Assembly: GCF_964355755.1 (NCBI RefSeq)
Contig: NC_092670.1
Span: forward strand, 24,662,795 to 24,726,794
Reading direction: 5' to 3'
Origin: Antedon mediterranea
Taxonomy: Eukaryota; Animalia; Echinodermata
Length of the DNA: 64,000 nt
Under the pieces are notes generated by a model. It searched no databases, was not told where the DNA came from, and worked only from the letters and a program-made list of their open reading frames with translations. The translations under genes were made by a program, and so were the position numbers. This document shows positions 12,901 through 25,800 of the stretch, piece after piece. How positions within the stretch are numbered: the first letter of the stretch is position 1; each line of letters starts with the position of its first letter.

Positions 12901-15900
12901 TTTCCGTTCGTGTATTTTGTATATCGTTCGTAATTTATACTGCTAAAATGTGTTAGTTTCTTTAGTTTTTAGTTTAGCAGAATTAAATTAGTAATACGAG
13001 ATGATAATTTATTTGTCACGAATCAGGCAGTTCGAAACGAATTTTATTCATATTTTACTTTAGCTTGACAATGAGCGCAGCAAGTTGTTGATATCGCTTT
13101 GGTCCTTGGATGCACATGAAACGGAGCCTCGCCGCATGATGTGGGTGGTGGATCGACTCCGCGCGCTGGATTGGGGGCCTAGGCCTAGTAAAGGTTTGGG
13201 AGGTAGGCCTTCTAAATTTGGGTTTTAGAACAAACAAAGTACATTTTAGGGACCTATATTTCAACAACATTAGATATTGAATAAATTAGTATTAGTGTCA
13301 AAGCTTCGCGTATCTTTCCAGGCCGTCGATCATTCACTGACTATCGGGTGGCATACACGCTCTCGATATCATCGTCTCGATGTGACGTCGTGAATATAGA
13401 GGCTTCCGACGGCCGTTGAAATAGAATATTGCAATGGCGTGCGTAATTTTCGCTAATTTACCTTGGTATCTTAAAATTTCGTTTTTACTCAAAATACTAT
13501 ACATTTTGTTTTTATTTGTATGGGTTTGTGTTAATTTGATACATTTAAATAACATGTGTGAATTTCTTGAAAATCGAAAGTCCATTTCAGGTCCATTTTA
13601 AGGAATTATTTGGTTATTATAATGCATACTCTGGTTGGCCAGTTAAATATCAGAGCAAAATCTTGAAATGCTGCTTTTCTTGTTTGTTTGCTAATATTAA
13701 ATAAACATTGCCAAAACATAAGCAAAATTAATATTTTTGTTATGTAATTTAATACTAATTTCTTATATTCATTCAGAGTTATACCGTTGTAAAGAGTTAT
13801 ACTGCCCTCTATAAAGTTCCAATCACAGATCAGCAAGTGACATGTTTAGAAAATAGATTTAAACTTTGTAATTGTGAAATTTAAATAATCAAAATTTTTA
13901 AAGATTAACACAAAACTTTAGAATAGCAAATTTTAATTGAATAAATAAAAACCATATTTTATTTATTTATTTACTGTTGTTTATTACAATGTGTGAACAA
14001 TATTGTTTTCTTTGCTGCCCTCTATAAGTATTTTTATCAAGAGTATAATTATACTTACAGTACTTTCAATTGTGAGATTAAAATATTCTGAATTTGTGAT
14101 TATTAAAAATTTAATTTATCTTCAATTTAATATCAATAAAATGAAATATATGATAGAGTATAAACATGTTTATAATAGTGTTTTTTACAAAAAAACTAAT
14201 TTAAAGCCAAAAAATAGTCAAATAAGAAAAAATTCAATGGGGTTTGGTTGAATTTAACCGTTTATTTTTTATTTTTATAAGTGAAAACATTTTTTAATAT
14301 AAGTGATTAACTTTATTAAAACTGTAAAATTGCCAAAGTTTTTTTATTTTTTATTAATCTTTAATGTTCATGTTTTTGGGGGACATTACATCTTTAATAA
14401 TAGTAAAATCAATACCAGTCTTTGTATTTGCATACAACTTCATTTTATTACTTGTTATTTATTAAAATGTCACAATAACTTAATCTAAACTGTTGTTATT
14501 TATCTTTTATAAAATTATTATGATTGTTTATAATTGATAAACAGTTATTTCAAACTGAAACAAGAAAATTTCAAACAAATATAAATTGAACCCGGTAAAA
14601 AATTCTAATCAGATACAAAGTTCTTGCAAGGTTTTAATATTCTTAATTTAGAATAATTCTTAAGTGTGAGGTTTTAATATTCTTAATTTAGAACATTTGG
14701 ATTTAAATTCTTAATTAAAGCACGGTTTCTCACTCGTGGGGATAACTGAAATAGATAGTGATTGTGAGGATGTGGTTTAAAAATCTCTGTTAGAAAGTTT
14801 TGTAAATAGATTAAATATATCAAACAACTCTTAACATAATAAGACGCTTGTATATTGATAGAGAATGCTGTTACTGCTTCCATATACTGACAATCAGTAG
14901 TTCATTAATAATCTCTCTCACATAGACAAGATAGATGAAGGAGATACAGTTGAGTAGCCTGTATGTCTTAATTATAAAGTACTTATATGGTAACCTTGTA
15001 AATTGTTATCTATTAATATCATTAATAAGATGATTATTATAATTTTGTACAGTTTATGAATATTTCATAATCATGTTCATGTCCATGAACTATTGCACAT
15101 ACTGTATTTAGTAAAGTAAAATGAATTGTATATTTTTTCAAGCATTGATAATTCTTGTTCAAAGATCTACTGTACTATGTTGACACTGTGCCCCGTATGG
15201 CTCATGACCACAGTGTCAGTGGTAGAACAAGTCTTTTCGGAGGACTTACAACTGAAAGTGCATTGTACACATCTGGCTTATTTGCACTTTAAAGCACCCA
15301 ATACATCATTCAAAAGAGTGGGGCCTACTCCGGTGTACAGGTCCATCTAAACACCTGCCGTTCTTTTTCCAGGCTACTAGAGACCAGACTAAAACAAAAG
15401 AAGCTTTTGCAATGTTAATTGTCTCAAATTAATTTAAGACAAAAATAACTTCAAGCCATACAAGTTTATGTATGTTTCAAGCTATTCAAAATAAGTACCT
15501 GTAAATATTTCAATGGATTATTATAATATAAGAAAGTTGGTTTTATTTAAACAGTAATTTATCCTAATTAATACTGTCAAAATCATATGAGGATTATCGT
15601 GTGAACTGAACCAATGTGATGTTAATTGGTTATAATGAGTCGTACCTGTGCAGACCTTAGATAGTGTTAACCGCAACTCCGCAAGCTCGTGTATAATCCA
15701 TGTAATGTACGCTTTCAAGACTTCCCTTTATCTTTAATGTCCAACAATTTTTGCAAATCATCAAGTTATTTTTAATGTATATTTTCCTAAATTAACCTGC
15801 CAACTAATTTATTCTGCTAATGTAGGTCATTTGAGGTCAAATATTTCTTTGGCTGATCCCCTATATTCATCAGGAAATTAGGTCATAATTAATTGTTAGA

Positions 15901-16831
15901 GGGTAAATATTATTCTGTTTTATAGGAAGTTGCTTAATTTGTGAGAACATGTCAAATGCATTAGTAGGAATACAAATTCTACTTTTGCACAAAAATTAAT
16001 TACACTACAGTATTTATGCAAGGGGACATTTACTCTATAAACACTCCTCAATATGAACAACTAAAACACAATTAAAAACACATTTATTCATTAAGGCATA
16101 TGGAAATCATGATGTTTCTGAAGTTCTAGAATTGTATAGTACTAGATGGCACGCTCGCTTCGCTCGCGTACCATCTAGGTCGTGCCCACAGATGGTTCTC
16201 GAATACACAGTATTTCCAGCGAGAAAAAAATGGAGATTTCAAATGTACGTACCGCAGGACTATAATACATTGTCGTTTACAGAAACGAATAAATATACAC
16301 AATGATTTATGTAGTCAACCAAAATTAGCACCCTGGGAATTACTTCCGAGAGAGAAACAAAATGAGTCAAATTTTTGGACTCATTTAAACAAACCCAATT
16401 TGTGTTTTGTATGTAACATTAAGGGTTGAGGGATGGGGGAAGAAGATAGGTACAAAGAGGAAACATTTTAAAATATATTCTTATCCACTCAGTAACGAAA
16501 TATTGTTTTTAATGTTTTATAGGCCTATAAATAATATACCACTAAATACAGTAAAACATTTACGATTTAATACGGTATTTTGTTAAAACTCTCACTGTCA
16601 TAGTCGATTGAAATAGTAAAGTACATGTAACGATACACCACTACGACGTTTATATATTTTTAAATTATTAATTAATACAAACGTTGAGAAGCAACTGTCA
16701 GTAATAACGTTTATTTATTTGTATATTATATGTTTATAATCTAACAGTAGGGCCTACCCACACTCACAGTAATAAAGTTTATTAGGTTATATGCATGATA
16801 TGCATATAACCTCTTGATTCTGTCAAAATCT

Positions 16832-16866
<35 letters not shown>

Positions 16867-19800
16867 TTCTTTCCTTAGCACTATTTTGTCCGTGCATTAT
16901 CTTGGCATCAGTTTAATCTAGCTAAGTCAAGTTTTCAGAGTATATTCCTCATGGCCAGGAATCGATGTGGTTATATTTTCACGATGCGTAATCAAAAATT
17001 ACGCGGTCTACGCGCGATTTTACGAAATCACGTTTGTAATCATATCTTCACAAGCATGAATCACAATTAAACAAAATTTGGTACTCATAAATTTCAGGTC
17101 ATATTTCATCATATGGCAATTAAATTACGTGCGTAGCGCATATAACGCTTGCGTACGCGCGCTTAAAATGTTCAAAATTGTCAAAATTTATTTTCGATGA
17201 AATTAGAGTACGTTTCAGGCAATTTTAAGCGTTTAAAAAATTGCCATGAGTGCGCAGATTTTTGCACGCGCACTGCGCGTTAAACGTTAATGCGCACTCT
17301 TTTTGCCCGATTTCTGTTTTACAATCTTTCTTTAATAATATCATCATATTTGATTCAGGTTTCAACTCGAAATTGCGTTATACGAGCACGTCAAAAGTGA
17401 CTGGCTACGCACGTATAACTTAACAAAATGGTGAAAATATGCTAAATTTTAAAATTAATATATATCGTCAGAATGCAGGGGAACACCTATTTTTTATTTC
17501 ATTTTCTTGAAGTGTATGTATCATATGTATGATTTATTATCAAATTAAGAGAACAAAAGTTGATTAAGTCATCATTAATTGCATATTAAATTAAAAAAAC
17601 ATAATTTCGACAATCAAACAAATTATGACATTTTCTTAGGCCAAAATAACAAACTTAACATAAACTTTCTTCCTTCAAAAATTCATATATTAAAGTTAAA
17701 AGTATGTAGTTTGACAGTGCATCATTTGTATACATTTTAAAGATGTCATCATAGTAAAAAATTATAATTCATTTCGGTATGTAATAATCTATTTGCATCA
17801 AAGTGGTTACTGCATAGTAAATACACGGAGGAATTTTTCTACAACTTTTAGTCAGTTGTGTACGGCTCGGTGGTCTGTGCTCGTGTCTATGGCATTCAAG
17901 GTACCGAGATCGAGTCTCACCTTGGGAAACGAAATAAGATTTTTTTTTTTTATTATCCGTATTGTTTGTTCAAATTTATTTCTTAGTGTATAGATTATAC
18001 ACATGATTTATAATGAAATCTAGATAAAAATTAACTTATGTCTTTATTATTATGTAACAACAAATGTGGTTTATGACATTATACGCATATGGATCTTTGA
18101 TCGGATTGTGATACCGGCTATGGTGTTCGCGTTAGCAAGGTCCTATCATATATTATAAATAATTAAAGATTCTGAGAAAATCAATCAATCAATATATCTT
18201 TTAAAAATCAATTATCTTTATTTAAATCAATGCATATAACCTATAATTCGTCATAGTGACGAATTAAATCTAGTTTGTATATATTTTTATATTACATCTA
18301 ACAGTACCAACACTCACAGTAAGAAATTTGCGATTAAAATTGCTATCAAAAGTGGTTAATACCTTAACAGTATTGTACAGCATTGCAATACTATTTATGT
18401 TTATTCTCCAAGGGGGCCCATAAATCTAAACCTATACCTCTATGGTTAAACCAAATAATTTGGAATGTTTATTTGTATATTATATGTTTATAATCTAACA
18501 GTAGGGCCTACCCACACTCACAGTAATAAAGTTTATTTGTATATATTTTTATATTACATCTAACAGTACCAACACTCACAGTAAGAAATTTGCGATTCAA
18601 ATTGCGATCAAAAGTGGTTAATACCTTAACAGTATTGTACAGCATTGCAATACTATTTATGTTTATTCTCCAAGGGGGCCCATAAATCTAAATCTATACC
18701 TGTATGGTTATACCAAATAATTTGGAATGTTCCATTCATCACAAATCAATACATTTGTAAAAACGTATATTAAATGTATCAAAATAGTATTTTTTAAAGA
18801 AAATCGGCCTGTCTTCAACATTATGATGCTGTACTCGAACTGTTCAACCGGTTTTCAGCTATTAAAAACAATTATCGTAGGAGGAGATAGGAAAATGCGA
18901 AGCCTCCTCGCATTTTTGTGGCGGGTATTTTTCAAGATGGACATCCATTAGACAGTGTATACCACGATCGGAAAACACCCCTATTTGGGGCAAATCGTTG
19001 AACCTAAATTCGTTTTAATCGTCAATAACTAATTATCTAACTTAATTTAATTAGTAAACAGGGTTACATCAGGTGGTTAAAATCAGTACCGAAAGTACGA
19101 ACCAACTTTATATACCATCGAGTAAAAATTCTAGAAGTAAGGCGCGATTGACCAAATTTTGCCCTTACGTAAATTTATATATAGATACTTATTCCTGACC
19201 AGCATTATCTTTGGGGTGCCTCTGTCTTGGTTGTCAATGTCTCTGAGCAACCGGTCATCTGTCGCAAGGCAAATGTGTATCCTACTCCTTTGTTTGGTCA
19301 CCTAGGTAGGGGTCCGGGACCGCGACAGAACGAGATGGGGACCCTCCAAAGAAATTGCATTTTATTTGTCAGGCGTCTGTATGATTTTTTTTTTTTATGC
19401 GCCTTGAGCACTCTTGAGTGGTATGTGCGCTATAAAAATCCTGTTATTATTATTATTATTATAACACAATATCAAGAAGTGATAACATACAGTACAAATT
19501 GTTCAACAACATCAGTAAACAATACATTTACGGGTGTATATGAATGTGCTGGGATGTTTATTCAAGGGTAAAAGTAAACTCCCTGAGGCATTTAATTGAG
19601 AGGGGCATTTATTCTGAATGATTGTCAATATGTATCCAAAGAAAAAATGTGAAGGACTGTCAAACTTCTTCACATTTAAATATAAAAGATGATGAGGGGG
19701 AGGGGAGAATTTAAATGTTATTTATGTACACTTATGCATTCAAAATAGAAATAGGCAAGTAAGTAAAGTGTAGTTAATCCCAACGTGACTCTAAATTAAG

Positions 19801-22800
19801 AATTAATTAAAACAAATGTTTGATTTAAGTACTAAAATCAATTTAAGCCCAAAATCTGTCAAAGTACTATAACCCAAATTGACATTCAAATGGTTAAATT
19901 ACCTCTATATAAATAGATATAGCGGGATTGAACACCAATCATTTAATAGAAAGTGACGTATTTAAGTTAAAAATACTCACATAATGACATGTACGTTAAG
20001 TTGTGGAATTAACAATTTAAATACTCAAGGTAAAAGCTAATGGAAAATTCTATTGAAGATAATTGGATATCATATTTTCTTGAATAGGGTGACTGCTAAA
20101 GATGGTTTTACTGTCGACGGTTTTCTTTGAAGTCAAGTTTAATTTTGTTTGTTTATTCTGTCTCTTGAAATCATCCTTTTCCTATGGACGGTCTCCACAC
20201 TAGTTTTTGTTTTCGGGGTTTAGATGCTTTTTACCTTTTTTCCGTGTGGAAAAAGTAGAGAAATAAATCTAAAATATTATGGATGAATAAAGAATCTTGA
20301 ATCTATTAATTATTATTTTGTTGAAATATCAAAGTTGTTCTAAAAACATACAATATAATATTTAAACTTTTTTTTTTTTTTTGTGAAAACATTGACGATG
20401 ACTTTAACAAAAAAAAATGTTTTAAATTACCATTATTAAGACATAATGCCCAGGGCTAGAACTTCTAATAAGAGGACACTTCTGGACCCAAATGTGTGTC
20501 CATTTTATGGGGGTGTCTTTGAATGGAGATGTTGACATTACTGTACTCTAAATCAGATCGACTATTGTAGTTATGATTTACCCCAGATAAACATGGGCAA
20601 CTTTCAATGACAACATGCGTAGTATTATTTTTACGTCATAACATTGAGACGGTAGTGGCTTTTATTCAAGCTTTTGAGATTAAACTTAAGTATATGTATT
20701 ACGTCAGTACGTTACTAGATTACAAGGTAAAGACTTATATTGTGAGGCATGTATAGGCTGTATGCATTATGCTTTTCATAAATCTAAATTTATTTGTAAT
20801 GTTGTAGTTTAATGTTAATCATGAAATGTTTGTATAGAAGCTATGTTATGTTTTGCAATTCCTTTCTTAATCCGAGTGAAGCCTGTGATTGAGGCGTAAA
20901 AACACAGATTTACTATTTGATGTTGATATAGAAACATTATAAAAGAGTTGTTACCCAAAAAGTTTATGGATGGATTGAAAAACATTCATTTTAACAAACT
21001 GAGATATTTTCATATTTTTCTTATTACATTATACAGCTCTCAATATGTTTGCATACAATTGCCTGTCATTTTATTTGTTTTGTTTTTTAGAAGTAGTAAT
21101 AATTTTAAATGAAAAGTCGGTCTTGTAGCCCTAGAGACTAGATTGTAGCGTGCTATGTTATGTTTCAGCAGGAAATTACAGCATGAAATACGTAAAAACT
21201 GGCACCATCTAGGTGCCATGTTTTAACATATAAATTCAGCATATGTTATTTATTGTTTATATTCCTTGGGTATTCATTACTTTAATGCTCTGAAAAATCA
21301 GGATGCTTAAAAGGAAAAGCGAAACATTGTAATATGCCGTCATTTAATTGAAAAATGACATATAAAATGCTTGTGTGTACATATCATGCGTCTGGGTAGG
21401 TGTGAATTCAGTGATTGACAAATTATGAAAATGATGGCAGGGCCAAATTTATTGACACACTCTATTCATGGGACCTACAATTTAGGAGACATTAGGACAC
21501 ACCAGGGAAACAAGCAAGGGGAAATATATGTTTTAAACCATGGCTAACATAACAAGAGGACACGCCGTATTACAGGGACACTTTGTGTGGTCCTGAAGAT
21601 GTTCCCTTAATATGAGCTCTACTGTATCACCACAATTTCCAATACCAATTTTCAATGAAATAAGGTTTTTTTCTAGATGCTAGGTCCAGTCCAGATAGAT
21701 AATAATATTTAATATTACATTTGAAACACCTAAAGGGTGTACAATGCCATGATTAACAAAATATAAGACTATATAAGATGATGAAGGGCTAGTGTTTCCC
21801 GAAAGCTCTGATAACTTTTCTGGCTGTTTTACTTATCGTTTTGATTTAGCTTTTCGCTTTTTTTTTTCTCCATTGAGATCCAGCCACTGATACCCACAGC
21901 ATTGTCACTTTTTCAGTAATTTGCCTTTGGATTTAAGAAAACATTTAAATATAGTTAATTATAAGTTATTAATGACAGGAACATATAACAAGAACCCAGA
22001 CCATATAGCAACTCAATAACATCTTAAGCTCTGTCTACACTATCATTGACAAAAAAGTGTGAAATATGGTAGTGACACCCAAATATATAGTAGTGATAGG
22101 ACATCATCATGTCCATATGAGCACGTCACATACAATTTGATAGTGTAGTTGATTGTGTAAAGGTACTAATGTATTTTTCAAATGCTATGAATAAACTCTT
22201 CAGCGTCAAACACTTTCCTAAATTGATTTAAATTAAATTATTGAACATTAAAGGCAGCGCTTGGTTACCGAGTGTTTTTTTTTTAAATATGTCAACTTTT
22301 ATTTTAACTCTATGCTACGGTATGTCAAAATTCATTTATTTAATATAATTATTACTGGAATTAATGGAATAAAGAAAGTAAAAAGAATTTTGAAAATAGA
22401 ATTTTAACAGAAGACTGTGGTATATGAGTCATACAACCAGATTTGTTGTATGCAAATTAACAGACAAACTAATTAATTAATTATACACATGATTTTATTC
22501 AACCGCCATTGGGATTTCACAGTCTGCAAGTTAAACTCATTTTCACATTTGATATGACTTAATATCAACTCAATTACAATGGATTTACACATACTTTAAT
22601 ATACCATAATTTATGTTAAAATACTTTGTAGAAGCTTAATGAGACATGTACCATGGCAATATTAAAAACTGTTAGTATCACCTTCCTCATTTTTATTTAG
22701 TGCAGTGTATTGCATGGATGTGCCTAAACTATCATTCTTTGGTACAGTTAGATAGACAGAGTGTTTTTTTAATGTTGCTAAAATTAATAAAATAAATAAA

Positions 22801-25800
22801 TAAAATAAATGATGCATAATTGTAACTCTTGTACATTACTTCATTACAAAATAATGATGGAGATAATTTTATCTTTAGTTTTTCCAAAATGAATATCAAA
22901 TTCAAGTCTAAAAGTTGTTATATAATGAATGAATACTATTTATAAATATTTATTTTTATGTGCCTTTGGTATATATATATCAAGTAGTTCGAATCTCGGT
23001 TGGGGCGACTTTTTCTCATCTTTATCATTTCAAATTAATTGATTGAATTTCAGTATATCACCAGGTAGTTTAGAATTAATGTTCTTTGCCTGTTGTGTTT
23101 ATATGTATATATCACTTGCACTGATGGAGGGCTAGTGTGGCCGAAAGCTCTGCTAATTTTTCTGGCTGTTTTACGTTATTATATTTATTTCATTTTGTAT
23201 CTCCATTGAGCCACTGATACCCACAGCATTGCCATTATTTTCAGTATTTTGCCTGTTGTGTTTAAATTTATGTATATATTTATATGTGTTTATTACTTTG
23301 ATGAATTATCAACATTTTAATATACAATAAAAGATCAAATGATTTATGTCTTTATCAAAATTACATTATCGATTGCTGATTAGTAGATTTTATGTTGTTA
23401 TTAATCTCTACAAACAAATAACTTGCCCACCTTATTGACGTGTTGATTATTGCACACAATTCATATGCACAAATTTTAATAATCAATATTTTGTGTTTGA
23501 TTTGAATAGGTCTTTGACAGGTTTTATACGATCATTTGATCACATCTGTTGGTATCCAATATGTTAAACATATTGTATTAATTGTTGACAAGACAACTGT
23601 TGCGTCCATGTCTAAACAATTTAGCAGCTGAATTGCACTCATTAGCCAGTTGACATTATTTGAAATAAAGAAAAATATATTTTTAATCTGTGGTGGTTAT
23701 TGGAAACTATTTGAATGAAGTTGCTGCTGTGTAATATGCATAGATAGAAAGGAGTATTTAACAAACCATTTTAGATATATTCACTTTTGCTATGAAGTAC
23801 AAAAATTGCTATGAATCAAGGATTGGAATCTATATAAATGATGTGGAAACAATGTATTCCGGATTTGGAGTTCCATATGCCATTCTGGCGGGCACGTGTC
23901 TACAGGGTTCAGGAAGTGATGAATCGGGAATTAATGAATGCGCAAAGGTCAGAGTTTTAGAAGTGAGGGGAGGGGGCTAAAAGAGGCGGTTAATATATCC
24001 TCAAACCCACCTTGTTTGTGCTGAAATCACAGATAGATAGACAGACAGACAGATAGACAGACAGACAAATAGACTGTTGCACAAGCAGTTACGTATCACC
24101 GACATGTTCACTGAGCCAACATAAAATAACAAAGTGGAGTTTAGTCTTTATAACCTCCATGACACTAGGAAGAAATGATTTTTTTCTAAAATTTGACACT
24201 TTTCCTTCTTTTATAAAATTTGGATTTAGCCTATTGCTTTAATTGAGCTGGATACATCCATTGATAGCAACAGCATTTTTATATAATATTTATAAATAGA
24301 ATGTGTGTATATTAAGCTTGCATTATATGATTTGCATTAAAAAAAAGTTTTATGGCGAATGTGGCACCACAATTTCCGAGTTTGTAAGATTATTATTGTA
24401 AATTACAAACTCATATCCTTAGAATCTTTATAACCTCCATGACACTAGGAAGAAATGATTTTTTTCTAAAATTTGACACTTTTCCTTCTTTTATAAAATT
24501 TGGATTTAGCCTATTGCTTTAATTGAGCTGGATACATCCATTGATAGCAACAGCATTTTTATATAATATTTATAAATAGAATGTGTGTATATTAAGCTTG
24601 CATTATATGATTTGCATTAAAAAAAAGTTTTATGGCGAATGTGGCACAACAATTTCCGAGTTTGTAAGATTATTATTGTAAATTACAAACTCATATCCTT
24701 AGAATCTTCTTGGTTAGATTAAGTTTTAGACAAATGAGGTATTCCTATTGTCCTATTGTCTTTGTCTCCGGTCTTATCTATGCATATCGCAATCTCATAT
24801 ATTCGATGTACATTTAAATAATCATTATACTATAAATACACTGATATGCAGTGTCTTTAGTTGTAGGCTCTAGTTCATCATATAATCGATATAGATTATT
24901 GCATGTGGAACATTTTGTTGTGCGTCATATTATGTAATTCAAGATTTCAACATTTAAGGTGTAAAAAATATTACGTCTATCCATAATAATTTCAATAAAA
25001 ATTGGGGATAGAGAGTTTCCAAAGTGAAGTTGAGAAAATACTCTATTTCTATTTTTTATTTTTTTTTATTTTACATTAATTATTGTTTGTTGGTCATATA
25101 AATTAAATGAAAGCTGGTTTGATAGGAGAGTGTATACTGAATAATAAATGAGGACATTGGTGGATTTACAATGATAATGGTCAATTTTTTATTTTGGTCA
25201 TGTTTGTATGGAGTGCCACTAGCTGAAGAACATAATTATAACAAACAAATTCCCTCTTGGCAATGGTAAGGAATTACAATGGTAGGTAAAGTTAACCAGA
25301 TATTGAGGCTTGTACTCAATAAAGATGATGCGATGATGAGTATGATCAACTGTATTTAGTGGCTCTCTATACAAAATATTTTAAAACGACAGATAACCAA
25401 TAATAAATTTTCTATCACCAATAGAGTATTATTTTACTTATCCCAATGACTTCCTTACTTTTAGTTCTACGAATCTGAACGCCGTCAACATGGTACGATC
25501 TAAAACTACGCCCTCTTTGAATACTGTCGGCTCAGAGGAGACAGAAGAGCCTGAATTGGAAAGTACGAGTCTCGGCAGTCGTCAGCAATCTGTACCGTCT
25601 CTTAGTATAGCAAGAAATGGTATGTTATTGGTTTGCAATCAGTTGTTTATTTTTTATTTTAATGAATATAGTATGTTATTAGTTAAAAAATAGACTGCAA
25701 ACAAGGATGATGCCATTTAATGCAACGTCTTTCATCCTTTGTTTCTTTTCCTTTTCTGAAGGGTCTTTCAGCACAGGTTCGACGCCGGAAAATCAAAGTG

